A DNA stretch of 64,000 nt, taken from NCBI GenBank assembly GCA_963727445.1, contig CAVSGI010000009.1:64001-128000 (forward strand), written 5' to 3'. Under the pieces are notes generated by a model. The model did not search any database and was not told where the DNA came from. It saw only the letters and a program-made list of their open reading frames with translations. The translations under genes and the position numbers were made by a program. The stretch comes from an uncultured delta proteobacterium. Its GTDB lineage: Bacteria; Myxococcota_A; Polyangia; Polyangiales; B10-G4. Shown piece after piece: positions 25,016 to 35,026 of this stretch (positions are counted from its first letter, which is position 1; each line of letters starts with the position of its first letter).

Positions 25016-25648
25016 GTGCAGGGTCTACGACTCGATGGGCTCGGCGAATCGGAAGCACGAGCCATCCTTGCCGCTCTTGCGGCGGCGCAGGACATCATCG
25101 TCCTCACCGCCTCCGACGGGTCGATCGTCTTCGTCAATCGGGATCTGCCGTCGCTGTCCCGCGAGCGATTGGTCGGTACCAGGCTCCACGACCACGTCGA
25201 AGCAGCGGATCGTGCTCGGCTGCAGGAGGCGATCCACACCGCACTCGAAAGTGGTGAGCACGTTGGCACCAGCGTCTCCCTCGTCTCACCGGCTGGCCCG
25301 ACGCCCGTGTCCATCCGCATCCTGCCCATTCGAGAGCCCGGCATCGGTCCGCGCCTCGTGCTCTTCGTGCAGGCCGCGTCCGCCCATCGCCGAGCCGGCG
25401 AGGGCAAGGACACGAGCGTCACGATGCAGGACATCGGCCGCAAGGCCGTCCACGATTTCAACAACGTCCTGACGGCCGTTCGTTACCACGCAGCGTTCGC
25501 TATCGAAGACCTCCCGGCGGAATCACCGGTGCTCCGGGAGCTCAGAGACATCGACGAGGCAGCCCAGCGCGGAATGGAGATCGCGGCGCGAGTCCTCGAC
25601 GAGATCAGCTCTGCTTCGGACGCGTCGGCATCGCGAAACGGAACATGA
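25016..25648 (+). CDS. PAS-HisKA protein lacking an HATPase domain
   Basis: PAS (DGSIVFVNR), VHDFNNVL H-box; stop overlaps hypD ATG; start uncertain. Confidence 0.7.
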   Translation: MQGLRLDGLGESEARAILAALAAAQDIIVLTASDGSIVFVNRDLPSLSRERLVGTRLHDHVEAADRARLQEAIHTALESGEHVGTSVSLVSPAGPTPVSIRILPIREPGIGPRLVLFVQAASAHRRAGEGKDTSVTMQDIGRKAVHDFNNVLTAVRYHAAFAIEDLPAESPVLRELRDIDEAAQRGMEIAARVLDEISSASDASASRNGT

Positions 25649-26757
25649 GGTATCTCGACGAGTATCGTGACTCGGCGGCGACGCGCGCCGTGGTGGAGGA
25701 GATTCGCCGCGTCGCCACGCGACGCTGGGTGGTCATGGAGGTCTGTGGCGGGCAGACCCACAGCATCATCAGGCACGGAATCGACGGCCTCCTCCCCGAC
25801 GAGGTCGAGCTCTTGCACGGGCCTGGATGTCCGGTGTGCGTCACCCCGCTCGGGGCCATCGACCGGGCCCACGCCATCGCCCGTCACGAGGACGTCGTCT
25901 TCTGCACCTTCGGTGACATGCTGCGCGTGCCCGGCTCGCAAGGAGATCTGCTCGCGCTCCGCGCGGAGGGGGCCGACGTCCGGATCGTCTACTCCCCGCT
26001 CGACGCGGTCGCGCTGGCGCGCGAGCTTCCGGATCGGCGCGTGGTCTTCTTCGCCGTCGGCTTCGAGACGACGGCCCCAGCGAACGCAATGGCTTTGGCA
26101 GTTGCGCGCCGCGAGGGGCTGACCAACTTCAGCGTCCTGGTGTCGCACGCGCTGGTCCCGCCGGCGATCGCCTCGATACTGCAGGCGCCCGACAACCGCG
26201 TTCAAGGCTTCTTGGGTCCAGGCCACGTGTGCACCGTGATGGGCACCGGCGAGTACGAAAGCCTCGCACGACGCTTCGAGGTCCCCATCGCCATCACCGG
26301 CTTCGAGCCGCTCGACCTCCTGCACGGCTTGCTCACCGTCGTTCGGAGACTCGAGCGCGGCGAAGTCGCGGTCGACAACGCCTATGCGCGGGCCGCTCGG
26401 ATCGGCGGCAACGAACGGTCGAAGCAGCTCATGGAGGAGGTGTTCGAGGTCTGCGACCGAAAGTGGCGCGGCATCGGGAGCCTGCCCAAGAGCGGCTATC
26501 GACTCTCCTGGGAGTACCGCGCACACGACGCCGAGCGGCTCTTCGACGTCGCCGACGTCGACGCGGAGGAGCCCGCCGTTTGCATCAGTGGACAGGTCCT
26601 GCGCGGTTTGAAGAAGCCGGATCAGTGTCCGGCGTTTGGACGCGAGTGCACCCCCGAATCCCCACTCGGCGCGACCATGGTTTCGAACGAAGGCGCGTGC
26701 GCCGCCTACTATCAATACGGGCGCATCGTGCAGCTGGAACGGAGGCCGGTGCCATGA
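25645..26757 (+). CDS. hypD: Hydrogenase maturation protein HypD
   Basis: [40 protein letters not shown]. Confidence 0.97.
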   Translation: MRYLDEYRDSAATRAVVEEIRRVATRRWVVMEVCGGQTHSIIRHGIDGLLPDEVELLHGPGCPVCVTPLGAIDRAHAIARHEDVVFCTFGDMLRVPGSQGDLLALRAEGADVRIVYSPLDAVALARELPDRRVVFFAVGFETTAPANAMALAVARREGLTNFSVLVSHALVPPAIASILQAPDNRVQGFLGPGHVCTVMGTGEYESLARRFEVPIAITGFEPLDLLHGLLTVVRRLERGEVAVDNAYARAARIGGNERSKQLMEEVFEVCDRKWRGIGSLPKSGYRLSWEYRAHDAERLFDVADVDAEEPAVCISGQVLRGLKKPDQCPAFGRECTPESPLGATMVSNEGACAAYYQYGRIVQLERRPVP

Positions 26758-27350
26758 GCATCCAGAGTCTCAGCGGTGCGGCGGTGCGAAAGGCCGACGA
26801 GAGCGCCCGCACCATCCGAACCTTCGTCGAGGCCGAGGGCCGAGGTCTCGCCGAGTGCGCGACCGCCATCGCTGGTCGACTCCGTGAAGGGGCCGGCATC
26901 TTCACGATGGGCAATGGGGGAAGCGCCTGCGACGCCCAGCACCTCGCGGTCGAGTTCACGCACCCCATCCTGGAAAAGCGTCGCGCGTTTCGCGCCCAGG
27001 CCTTGTGTACCGACACGACGCTGCTCACCGCGGTCGGTAACGACGAGGACTTCTCCCTGGTCTACGCGGCGCAGCTCCGACTTTCTGCACGGCGAGGAGA
27101 CATCGTCTTCGCGAGCTCGACCAGTGGGTCGTCCGCGAGCATCAATCGCGGCCTGAAAGTGGCCGAGGAGATGGGACTCTTCCGCGTGGGCCTCAGCGGC
27201 AAGGACGGTGGTCGCATGGTCGACTCGTGCGATCACTGCTTCACGGTCCCCAGCTACAGCATTCACCGCATTCAGGAGTGTCACGTCGTCTTGCTGCACC
27301 TCCTGTGGGACCTGGTGCACGTCGCGCTCGGAGAGGAGGACGTGCTGTGA
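26754..27350 (+). CDS. SIS-domain (GmhA/phosphoheptose isomerase-like) protein of hydrogenase clusters
   Basis: [30 protein letters not shown]. Confidence 0.88.
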   Translation: MSIQSLSGAAVRKADESARTIRTFVEAEGRGLAECATAIAGRLREGAGIFTMGNGGSACDAQHLAVEFTHPILEKRRAFRAQALCTDTTLLTAVGNDEDFSLVYAAQLRLSARRGDIVFASSTSGSSASINRGLKVAEEMGLFRVGLSGKDGGRMVDSCDHCFTVPSYSIHRIQECHVVLLHLLWDLVHVALGEEDVL

Positions 27351-28396
27351 GTGGCGGTTCCGGATGGGTCTGCCCGACGCCTGTCGGTCGATACGAGAGC
27401 GTCGTGATGGGACACGGGAGCGGCGGACGCCTCAGCGCACGGCTCCTGTCCGAGGTCATCCTGCCCGCACTCTGTCCGAACGTGGGCGCGCTGGAGGATC
27501 AGGCGACCGTCTCCGTAGCGGAACTCTCGCGCATCGCGATCACCACGGACTCGTTCGTGGTCGATCCCATCTTCTTTCCCGGTGGTGACCTCGGATCGCT
27601 GGCTGTGAACGGAACGGTGAACGACCTCGCGGTCGGCGGCGCTCGCCCGCACGTCCTTTCCGCGGCGTTCATCCTCGAGGAGGGGCTCCCGCTCACCGAG
27701 CTCGAGCGCGTCGCCGAATCGATGAGGGAGGCGTGCGCGGCGGCTTCGGTGCGCGTCGTGACCGGAGACACCAAGGTCGTGCAGAAGGGGAAGGGTGACC
27801 GTCTCTTCATCACCACCACGGGGATCGGAATCGTCCCGGACGGGCGCCAGCTCTCCGTCGAGGACGCACGGCCTGGTGATCGGGTGATCGTCTCGGGGAC
27901 CCTGGGAGACCATGGCATCGCGATCATGTCGGTGCGTGAGGGGCTGAGCTTCGAGACGGCGCTCGAGAGTGACTGCCGGCCGCTCTGGGACCTGTGTCAT
28001 CTGATGCTCGAGACCTGTCCCGAGATTCGCTTCATGCGGGATCCGACGCGGGGAGGCCTCTCCAGCGTGCTGAACGAGCTCGCCGCGGGGTCGAAGGTCG
28101 GAGTCCGCCTCGACGAATCGGCCCTGCCGCTGCGTGACGGCGTTCGCGGCGCATGCGAGTTGCTCGGCCTCGATCCGCTCTACGTCGCCAACGAAGGCAA
28201 GGTGGTGGCCGTCGTTCCCGCCGCGGATGCCGAGGAGTTGGTGGCCGTGATGAGAATGCATCCGGATGGTCGGGATGCGACATGCATCGGCGAGATCGTC
28301 GATGCACACCCAGGAATGGTGACCATGACGACCACCATCGGTGGGGAGCGCGTCGTCGCCATGCTCTCGGGTGAACAGCTGCCGAGGATCTGCTGA
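27347..28396 (+). CDS. hypE: Hydrogenase maturation protein HypE
   Basis: HGSGG, TTDSFVVDP, VNGTVNDLA, RDPTRGG, C-terminal QLPRIC. Confidence 0.97.
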   Translation: MSGGSGWVCPTPVGRYESVVMGHGSGGRLSARLLSEVILPALCPNVGALEDQATVSVAELSRIAITTDSFVVDPIFFPGGDLGSLAVNGTVNDLAVGGARPHVLSAAFILEEGLPLTELERVAESMREACAAASVRVVTGDTKVVQKGKGDRLFITTTGIGIVPDGRQLSVEDARPGDRVIVSGTLGDHGIAIMSVREGLSFETALESDCRPLWDLCHLMLETCPEIRFMRDPTRGGLSSVLNELAAGSKVGVRLDESALPLRDGVRGACELLGLDPLYVANEGKVVAVVPAADAEELVAVMRMHPDGRDATCIGEIVDAHPGMVTMTTTIGGERVVAMLSGEQLPRIC

Positions 28397-29452
28397 ATGT
28401 CCGACGACAACTCTCTGCGTTCAGAACCCGACGTCACCGAGATCGACGTGATCTGGGTGACGGCTGGCCTGAGTTGCGATGGCGACACCATCGCGGTCAC
28501 TTCGGCCACCCAGCCCGCGATCGAAGACGTCATCGCAGGCTCGATCCCCGGCCTCCCGCGGGTGCGGCTTCACAATCCGGTCCTCGCATACGAGACCGGG
28601 GACGACTTTCTCCGTGTGATGCACGACGCCGCCGCCGGACGGCTCTCACCGTATGTGCTCGTCGTCGAGGGGTCGATCCCCAACGAGGCGGTGAGCGGCG
28701 ACGGCTATTGGGCTGCGGTCGGCAACGACCCCGAGACCGGTGAGGCGATCCGGACGACCGAGTGGATCGACCGGCTCGCCCCGAATGCCCTCGCCGTCGT
28801 CGCCATCGGCACCTGCGCAACCTACGGGGGGATTCCCGCCATGAGCGGCAACCCCACGGGCGCGATGGGCCTGCCGGATTATCTGGGTTGGGACTGGAAG
28901 AGCAGCGCTGGCATCCCGATCGTCTGCGTTCCCGGCTGTCCCGTGCAGCCGGACAACTTCATGGAGACGCTGACCTACCTGCTCTTTCAGGCCGCGGGAC
29001 GAGCGCCCATGATTCCGCTCGACGAAGCGCTGAGGCCGACCTGGCTCTTTTCACTCACGGCCCACGAGAGCTGTGACCGTGGCGGCTTCTACGAGTCGGC
29101 CGACTTCGCCACGGCCTACGGCCGATCCCAGTGCATCGTCAAGCTGGGCTGTTACGGCCCGGTGGTGAACTGCAACGTGCCGCGGCGCGGATGGATCAAC
29201 GGCGTGGGCGGTTGCCCCAACGTGGGCGGCATCTGCATCGGCTGCACGATGCCCGGCTTCCCCGACAAGTTCATGCCCTTCATGGAGGAGCCACCGGGCG
29301 CGAAGATGTCGTCGACCGCGGTCGTGATGTACGGCCGCACGGTGCGCGCGCTCCGAAAGTTCACGCAACAGCAGTTGAACAAAGAACCGAAGTGGCGCTC
29401 GCCTGGCGACACGCTCACGACCGGCTACGAGCCACCGAAAGAACAGTCATGA
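28397..29452 (+). CDS. hhyS: Group 1h [NiFe]-hydrogenase small subunit
   Basis: WVTAGLSCDGDT, ATQP, GTCATYGG, PGCPVQPD, GGCPNVGGICIGCTMPGFPD; no Tat signal. Confidence 0.92.
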   Translation: MSDDNSLRSEPDVTEIDVIWVTAGLSCDGDTIAVTSATQPAIEDVIAGSIPGLPRVRLHNPVLAYETGDDFLRVMHDAAAGRLSPYVLVVEGSIPNEAVSGDGYWAAVGNDPETGEAIRTTEWIDRLAPNALAVVAIGTCATYGGIPAMSGNPTGAMGLPDYLGWDWKSSAGIPIVCVPGCPVQPDNFMETLTYLLFQAAGRAPMIPLDEALRPTWLFSLTAHESCDRGGFYESADFATAYGRSQCIVKLGCYGPVVNCNVPRRGWINGVGGCPNVGGICIGCTMPGFPDKFMPFMEEPPGAKMSSTAVVMYGRTVRALRKFTQQQLNKEPKWRSPGDTLTTGYEPPKEQS

Positions 29453-31218
29453 GCAACATCGTGGACATGTCTTGGGATCCGATCACCCGCATCGTCGGCA
29501 GTCTCGGGATCCACACCAAGATCGATTTCGCGAACCGCGAGGTGAAAGAGTGCTGGAGCACCTCGAGCATCTTCCGCGGATTCAGCGTCTTCCTTCAGGG
29601 CAAAGATCCCCGCGACGCTCACTTCATCACCAGCCGCATCTGCGGCATCTGCGGCGACAACCACGCCACGTGCTCGATCTACGCCCAGAACATGGCCTAC
29701 GGCGTCGTCCCGCCTCCGCTCGCCGAGTGGATCATCAACCTCGGCGAGGCGGCCGAGTACATGTTCGACCACAACATCTATCAGGAGAATCTGGCGGGGG
29801 TCGACTACTGCGAACGCATGGTGTCCGAGACGAACCCCTCGGTGCTGGCCCTGGCGGAGAAGACCGAAGCGCCGCACGCCGACGTTCACGGCTACCGGAC
29901 GATCGCGGACATCATGCGCGGGTTCAATCCGTTCGAGGGTGAGATCTACCGTGAAGCGCTGCACGTCTCCCGCTACACGCGGGAGATGTTCTCGCTCATG
30001 GAGGGGCGCCACACGCATCCCTCATCGCTCTATCCGGGGGGCGTCGGGACGGTGCCGACGGTTCAGGTGTTCACGGACTATCTCGTGCGGCTCACCAAGT
30101 ACTGCGAGTTCCTGCATCGAATGGTCCCGCTGCACGACGACCTCTTCGACTTCTTCTACGAAGCGCTCCCCGGATACGAGGAGGTCGGTCGCCGGCGCGT
30201 GCTGCTCGGCTGTTGGGGCAGCTTTCAGGACCCGGACGTCTGCGATTACAGCTACGCGAAGATGGCCGACTGGGGTCGGGCGATGTACGTGACGCCGGGT
30301 GTGGTGGTCGATGACGAGCTGGTCACCACGGACCTCGTGAAGATCAACCTCGGCATGAGGATCCTCCTCGGCAGCAGCTATTACGACGACTGGCAACAGG
30401 GCGAGCGCTTCGTCGAGCAGGACCCGTTGGGGAACCCGATCGACATGCGACATCCGTGGAACCAGACCACCATACCTCGACCCCAGAAACGCAACCTCGA
30501 CGACAAGTACACCTGGGTCGTCTCGCCGCGGTGGTACGACGACCGTACGGACGAGCATCTCGCCCTCGACACGGGGGGCGGCGCGCTCGCCCGCTTGTGG
30601 GTGACCGCGCTCGCGAACGAGGTGGACATCGGTTACGTCCAGGCGACGGGAAAGAGCGTCAAGATCCGGCTCCCCAAGACCGCCGCCCAGCCGGAGCGCG
30701 AGCTCGAGTGGCACATCCCGAAGTGGAGCAACACCATCGAGCGCAACCGCGCCCGCACGTACTTTCAAGCGTTCTCGGCCGCCGCTGCGTTCTACTTCCT
30801 GGAGAAGGCGCTGGCCGAGGTTCACGCCGGGCGTACCGATACCTCCGCGCCCTTCAAAGTCCCGGAGGAAGCGATCGGCTGCGGCTTCCACGAAGCGGTT
30901 CGTGGGGTGCTGTCCCACCACATGGTGATTCGCGACGGCCGTATTGCGAACTATCACCCCTATCCGCCCACCCCCTGGAACGCCAGCCCCAGGGACAGCT
31001 TCGGGACGCCGGGCCCCTACGAGGACGCGGTCGCCGGGACCCCGATCTTCGAAGAGAACGGACCCGACGATTTCAAGGGGATCGACGTCATGCGAACCGT
31101 GCGCAGCTTCGACCCCTGTCTGCCCTGTGGCGTTCACATGTATCTCGGTGACGGCCGTGAGCTGGACGTCCCTCACTCGCCGACCTTCGGCGTGCGTTTC
31201 GCGAAGGAGATCGATTGA
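29449..31218 (+). CDS. hhyL: Group 1h [NiFe]-hydrogenase large subunit
   Basis: WDPITRIVG, L1 TSRICGICGDNHA, L2 RSFDPCLPCGVH. Confidence 0.95.
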   Translation: MSNIVDMSWDPITRIVGSLGIHTKIDFANREVKECWSTSSIFRGFSVFLQGKDPRDAHFITSRICGICGDNHATCSIYAQNMAYGVVPPPLAEWIINLGEAAEYMFDHNIYQENLAGVDYCERMVSETNPSVLALAEKTEAPHADVHGYRTIADIMRGFNPFEGEIYREALHVSRYTREMFSLMEGRHTHPSSLYPGGVGTVPTVQVFTDYLVRLTKYCEFLHRMVPLHDDLFDFFYEALPGYEEVGRRRVLLGCWGSFQDPDVCDYSYAKMADWGRAMYVTPGVVVDDELVTTDLVKINLGMRILLGSSYYDDWQQGERFVEQDPLGNPIDMRHPWNQTTIPRPQKRNLDDKYTWVVSPRWYDDRTDEHLALDTGGGALARLWVTALANEVDIGYVQATGKSVKIRLPKTAAQPERELEWHIPKWSNTIERNRARTYFQAFSAAAAFYFLEKALAEVHAGRTDTSAPFKVPEEAIGCGFHEAVRGVLSHHMVIRDGRIANYHPYPPTPWNASPRDSFGTPGPYEDAVAGTPIFEENGPDDFKGIDVMRTVRSFDPCLPCGVHMYLGDGRELDVPHSPTFGVRFAKEID

Positions 31219-32102
31219 ACACTCCGGGCGAGGACTTCGACCGCGCGATGCAACGCATCGAGTCGTCCCTCGAGCGCCTCGATGCGCTTCCAGAGTCTCT
31301 CGAGCAGCAGATCGCTCGAGAGCTGGTCTCTGCGCTGCTCGACGTACATCGAATCGGGCTCGCGCGGATGAAGGCGCTGGCCGAGAAAGCTGGAGAGCCG
31401 GGCCGGCGCATCGCGACCGCGTGGGCGGATGACCCGCGGGTTGCCGCGCTCTGGTCGATGCACGAGGCCGAGGAGGCGCCGGCGCCGGGAGAGGAGCTGG
31501 TTCAGCTTCGAGTTCCTCACGACGCATCGCCGCCGGCGGAGGTCCACCCGGAACATCGCTGCGACATCTGTGGTCAGGCGCTCCCCGATGAGCACGCCCA
31601 CATGCTCGACAGAGAGGCACGGTCGTTGTCGTGTGTGTGCCGGACGTGCGGACCCCTCTTCCTCGCCGACGGCGCGAAACGACGGTCGGTATCGCCCCTG
31701 GCGGTCGAGCTATCCGACTTCCGAATCGACGACACCCGCTGGCGCGCGTTCGACCTGCCCATCGACCTCGCGTTCTTCAACCGAGCTCCTTCAGGCGAAA
31801 TCGTCGCGCACTACCCGAGCCCGGTCGGCACCGTCGATGCCGTCGCACGCGCCGAGGCCTGGGGCGCGCTGGAGCGCGACAACCCCGTCTTGTCCGACGC
31901 CGACCTCGACGTCAACGCCCTGCTGGTCCACCGGCTCGGAGCGAACCGCGAGCACTTCCTCGTATCCATCGACAAGTGCTACGAGCTGGCCGGCCTCTTG
32001 CGGTCGCGATGGCAGGGGCTCACCGGCGGCGACTCTGCGCAGCGAGCCCTCGACGACTTCTTCGGTGGCCTCCGGACCAGTGCGAGCGCGGCCAGGCGAT
32101 GA
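31215..32102 (+). CDS. Group 1h accessory protein: NifU N-terminal-like helix region fused to DUF5947-like domain
   Basis: ARELVSALLDVH..GLAR...DDP.VA.L then CDICG...EHAH...CVCRTC, PIDLAFF, YPSP.G, IDKCYEL.G. Confidence 0.72.
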   Translation: MNTPGEDFDRAMQRIESSLERLDALPESLEQQIARELVSALLDVHRIGLARMKALAEKAGEPGRRIATAWADDPRVAALWSMHEAEEAPAPGEELVQLRVPHDASPPAEVHPEHRCDICGQALPDEHAHMLDREARSLSCVCRTCGPLFLADGAKRRSVSPLAVELSDFRIDDTRWRAFDLPIDLAFFNRAPSGEIVAHYPSPVGTVDAVARAEAWGALERDNPVLSDADLDVNALLVHRLGANREHFLVSIDKCYELAGLLRSRWQGLTGGDSAQRALDDFFGGLRTSASAARR

Positions 32103-33398
32103 CCGTGGAGGCCGTCGAGCGAATCGCGAGCGCGCTCTTGTACGAAGGCTACCTGCTGTTTCCATATGGTCCCTCTGCGAAGAACGAGCGTCGGTTCACG
32201 ATGGGCGGTCTGGTACCCCGCGCGGCCAGCGTCGTCCGCGGGGGCCACGAACGATGGCGACTTTCGTGTGACTGTCTCATCGAAGGCGATCACGACACGT
32301 CTTTGGGCGTCTCGCTGCGCTTCCTCGTGCCGCTCGCGCACCGATTGGAAGCGCTCGAGGGCGACGTGGCTTCACCGACCGACCGTCTCGAAGTGGGGGG
32401 GGCGTTGTGGCTCGCGCGCACAGCGGCGGAAGAGCACGCCATCCCGCTCGAGACCGTGACCGTGGGCAGGCTGTGCGACGAAGATGGATGGAGCGCCGAG
32501 ATCCGGATCCCGGCCCTGTTCCATCGCGAGGACATCGAGGTCGAGGGGAGGGCCATCGGTCGCGCGATCTCCGAGCGCAAGCCTGTGTCGGCGCGCGTGA
32601 CGCTGAAGAGCACGCCCGTCGGCGGCGCAGGGTTTCGGATCACCCTCACCGTCGAGAACCTGACTCGGAGATTGGACGGCGTGGACGCGGACGAGCTCGT
32701 CGCCGGCAGCACCATGGAGGCAGCACACGCGATCGTCACCGCCAGCGGTGGTGATTGGGTCAGCAACATCGACCCTCCCGACGAGCTCCGCTCAGCCGTC
32801 GCGACGAATGCGATGGATGGCGCGTTCCCGGTGCTCGTGGGCCGTCCGCCCGAGCGCTCGCAGATCCTGTGCTCCCCCATCATCCTCTACGACTACCCCG
32901 AGGTGGCTCCCGAGAGCCGCGGCGACCTCTTCGACTGCACCGAGAACGATGAGCTGCTCTCCCTGAGCGTTCTCTCTCTGTCCGATTCGGAGCGCCGCGA
33001 TGCACGCGCCTTCGATCCTCGCGGTGCCGAGATCGTCGACCGTATCGAAGCGATGCACGGGCGGGACTTCGACCGACTCCACGGTGCGGTTCGCGGATTC
33101 GGTCCCTCGACGGACTCGGCACAGGAGCGACGGCTTCGCATCGACCAACGGATGGTGGGGGCGGGGGACCGAGTGCGACTGCGGCCGAAAGGCCGCGCGG
33201 ACGCCTTCGATTCTCATCCTGGGTGGACGCATCGCCACGGTGCAGTCGGTAGAGTGGGATGTCGGCGGTCAGGCTTACCTCGCCGTCACCATCGACGACG
33301 ATCCCGGCAAGACGCTGGGCGAGGAGGGGCGCTCGGCCGGGCACCGCTTCTTCTTCCGCCCCGACGAGGTGGAGCTCTTGTCGCGGGAGGACCCATGA
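32099..33398 (+). CDS. Conserved group 1h hydrogenase-associated hypothetical protein, apparent +1 frameshift at 33209-33213
   Basis: ALLYEGYLLFPY, SPIILYDYPEVAPES.GDLFD.TE; removing one base restores ADAFDLILGGRIATV...HRFFFRPDEVE, with stop overlapping the protease ATG. Confidence 0.8.
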
Positions 33399-33883
33399 GC
33401 CGCGTTCTCGTGGCAGGGATTGGGAACATCTTCCTGGGCGACGACGGGTTCGGCGTCGAGGTCGCGCGGCGTCTGGCCGCCGACGGGCTGCCGAACGGCG
33501 CGGTGGTCTTCGACTTCGGGGTCCGCGGTATCGACCTCGCGTACGCGATCGAGAAGCACGACGCGGCAATCCTCGTGGACGCGACCCAACGCGGCGGTGA
33601 GCCGGGGACGGTCTACGTGCTGGAGCCGGAGCTCCCGCACGGACAGCATCACCCCGCGAGCCCCGATGGCCATCGCCTCACCCCGGACCGCATACTGTCG
33701 ATGCTCGAGCCCGCGTCGTGGCCGTCGTTTCTGCGCGTCGTGGGTTGCGAGCCCGAGAGCTTCGGTGCACCGGGGCTCGGCCGTGTGGGCTTGAGCCCGC
33801 CGGTATCGGGGGCGGTGGCCCCTGCGTGTCGCCGGGTTCGCGAGCTGGTCTCCACGCAGTTGGGGGAGGCAGACCATGCATGA
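33395..33883 (+). CDS. Hydrogenase maturation protease (HyaD/HybD family)
   Basis: VLVAGIGNIFLGDDGFG, DFGVRG.DL, LVDA; GGAGG RBS. Confidence 0.92.
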   Translation: MSRVLVAGIGNIFLGDDGFGVEVARRLAADGLPNGAVVFDFGVRGIDLAYAIEKHDAAILVDATQRGGEPGTVYVLEPELPHGQHHPASPDGHRLTPDRILSMLEPASWPSFLRVVGCEPESFGAPGLGRVGLSPPVSGAVAPACRRVRELVSTQLGEADHA

Positions 33884-34205
33884 GCTCGGACTGACGATGC
33901 AGGTGGTGTCCGTGGTCAGCCAGCGGGCTGGCGAGGCGCGCGTCAGTCGTGTCGTGCTGGAAGTGGGAAAGCTCGCCGCAGTGCTGCCGGATGCCATGGC
34001 GTTCTGCTTCGAGCTCTGCGCGGCCGGGACGCCCCTCGAAGGCGCGAGCCTCGAGATCGTCGAGGTGCCCGGCGTCGCGCGATGCCGCGCGTGTGACGGG
34101 CGCGTCGAGCTGGAGCGTCCGGTCGGGCAATGCAGGTGCGGTTCGCGCGAGCTCGAGTGGATCTCGGGGGACGAGCTCAGGATCCGCGAGATGGAGGTGG
34201 TCTGA
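33876..34205 (+). CDS. hypA: Nickel metallochaperone HypA
   Basis: MHELG, CRAC, C.CGS, SGDEL. Confidence 0.95.
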   Translation: MHELGLTMQVVSVVSQRAGEARVSRVVLEVGKLAAVLPDAMAFCFELCAAGTPLEGASLEIVEVPGVARCRACDGRVELERPVGQCRCGSRELEWISGDELRIREMEVV

Positions 34206-35026
34206 TGTGTGGGATTTGCGGATGCGGGGTGTCGAAGGATCACGACCACGGGCATGAAGCCGAGCATGGCCACGGGCATGAGCACGGGCATGGTGATGAC
34301 CACGACCACGACCACGGCCACGGCCACGGGGATGCCGCGCAGGCGAGGATCGTCGCCCTCGAGCACGATCTGCTCGCGCACAACGACGAGCTCGCGGGCG
34401 AGAATCGGAAGTGGCTCGACCGTCGTCGGGCCTTCGCCATCAACCTCGTGAGCTCCCCGGGAGCCGGCAAGACCTCGCTCCTCGAGCGAACGCTTCATGA
34501 CCAGGGCGCCCAGCTCCGAGCCTGCGTGGTCGAAGGGGATCAAGAGACCGAGTGTGATGCCGAGCGCATCCGCGCCACCGGCCGGCCCGTGCTCCAGGTG
34601 AACACCGGCGCCGTCTGCCACCTCGACGCCTCCATGGTCTCGCGTGCGCTGTCGACCCTCGATCCTCCGGTGGGGGCGACGGTCTTCATCGAGAACGTCG
34701 GCAACCTCGTCTGCCCGGCTCTCTTCGATCTGGGAGAGCACGAACGCGTGGTCGTCTTTTCCGTCACGGAGGGCGACGACAAGCCGCTCAAGTACCCTCA
34801 CATGTTTCGCTCAGCGACCGCCCTCGTGCTGAGCAAGATCGATCTCCTCCCCTACGTACCCTTCGACCTCGCCCGCTGCCTGGACAACGTGCGCGCCGTC
34901 AACGGCGAGCTCGAGATGATGTGTCTGTCCAACACCACGGGAGAGGGATTCGATGCCTGGCTCGACTGGCTCCGCGCGCGCGTCGCGAGAGCCGATGTCG
35001 CCCCCAGTCCCCGGAGTGCGCCATGA
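34205..35026 (+). CDS. hypB: Nickel incorporation GTPase HypB with His-rich region
   Basis: MCGICGC, 13-His tract, SSPGAGKT, CHLDA, ENVGNLVCPA, DKPLKYP. Confidence 0.96.
   Translation: MCGICGCGVSKDHDHGHEAEHGHGHEHGHGDDHDHDHGHGHGDAAQARIVALEHDLLAHNDELAGENRKWLDRRRAFAINLVSSPGAGKTSLLERTLHDQGAQLRACVVEGDQETECDAERIRATGRPVLQVNTGAVCHLDASMVSRALSTLDPPVGATVFIENVGNLVCPALFDLGEHERVVVFSVTEGDDKPLKYPHMFRSATALVLSKIDLLPYVPFDLARCLDNVRAVNGELEMMCLSNTTGEGFDAWLDWLRARVARADVAPSPRSAP

Noticed and set aside
26754..27350. gmhA as a sign of LPS heptose biosynthesis
   Set aside because: SIS/GmhA-like genes commonly accompany group 1h hyp clusters, and no other LPS genes are present
31631..33883. 750-aa ORF suggesting a hypothetical protein-maturation protease fusion
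   Set aside because: Created by the extra base at 33209-33213; the protease has its own RBS and ATG at 33395, overlapping the restored stop
34238..34330. His-rich repeat in HypB
   Set aside because: A well-known nickel-storage feature of many HypB proteins; not novel
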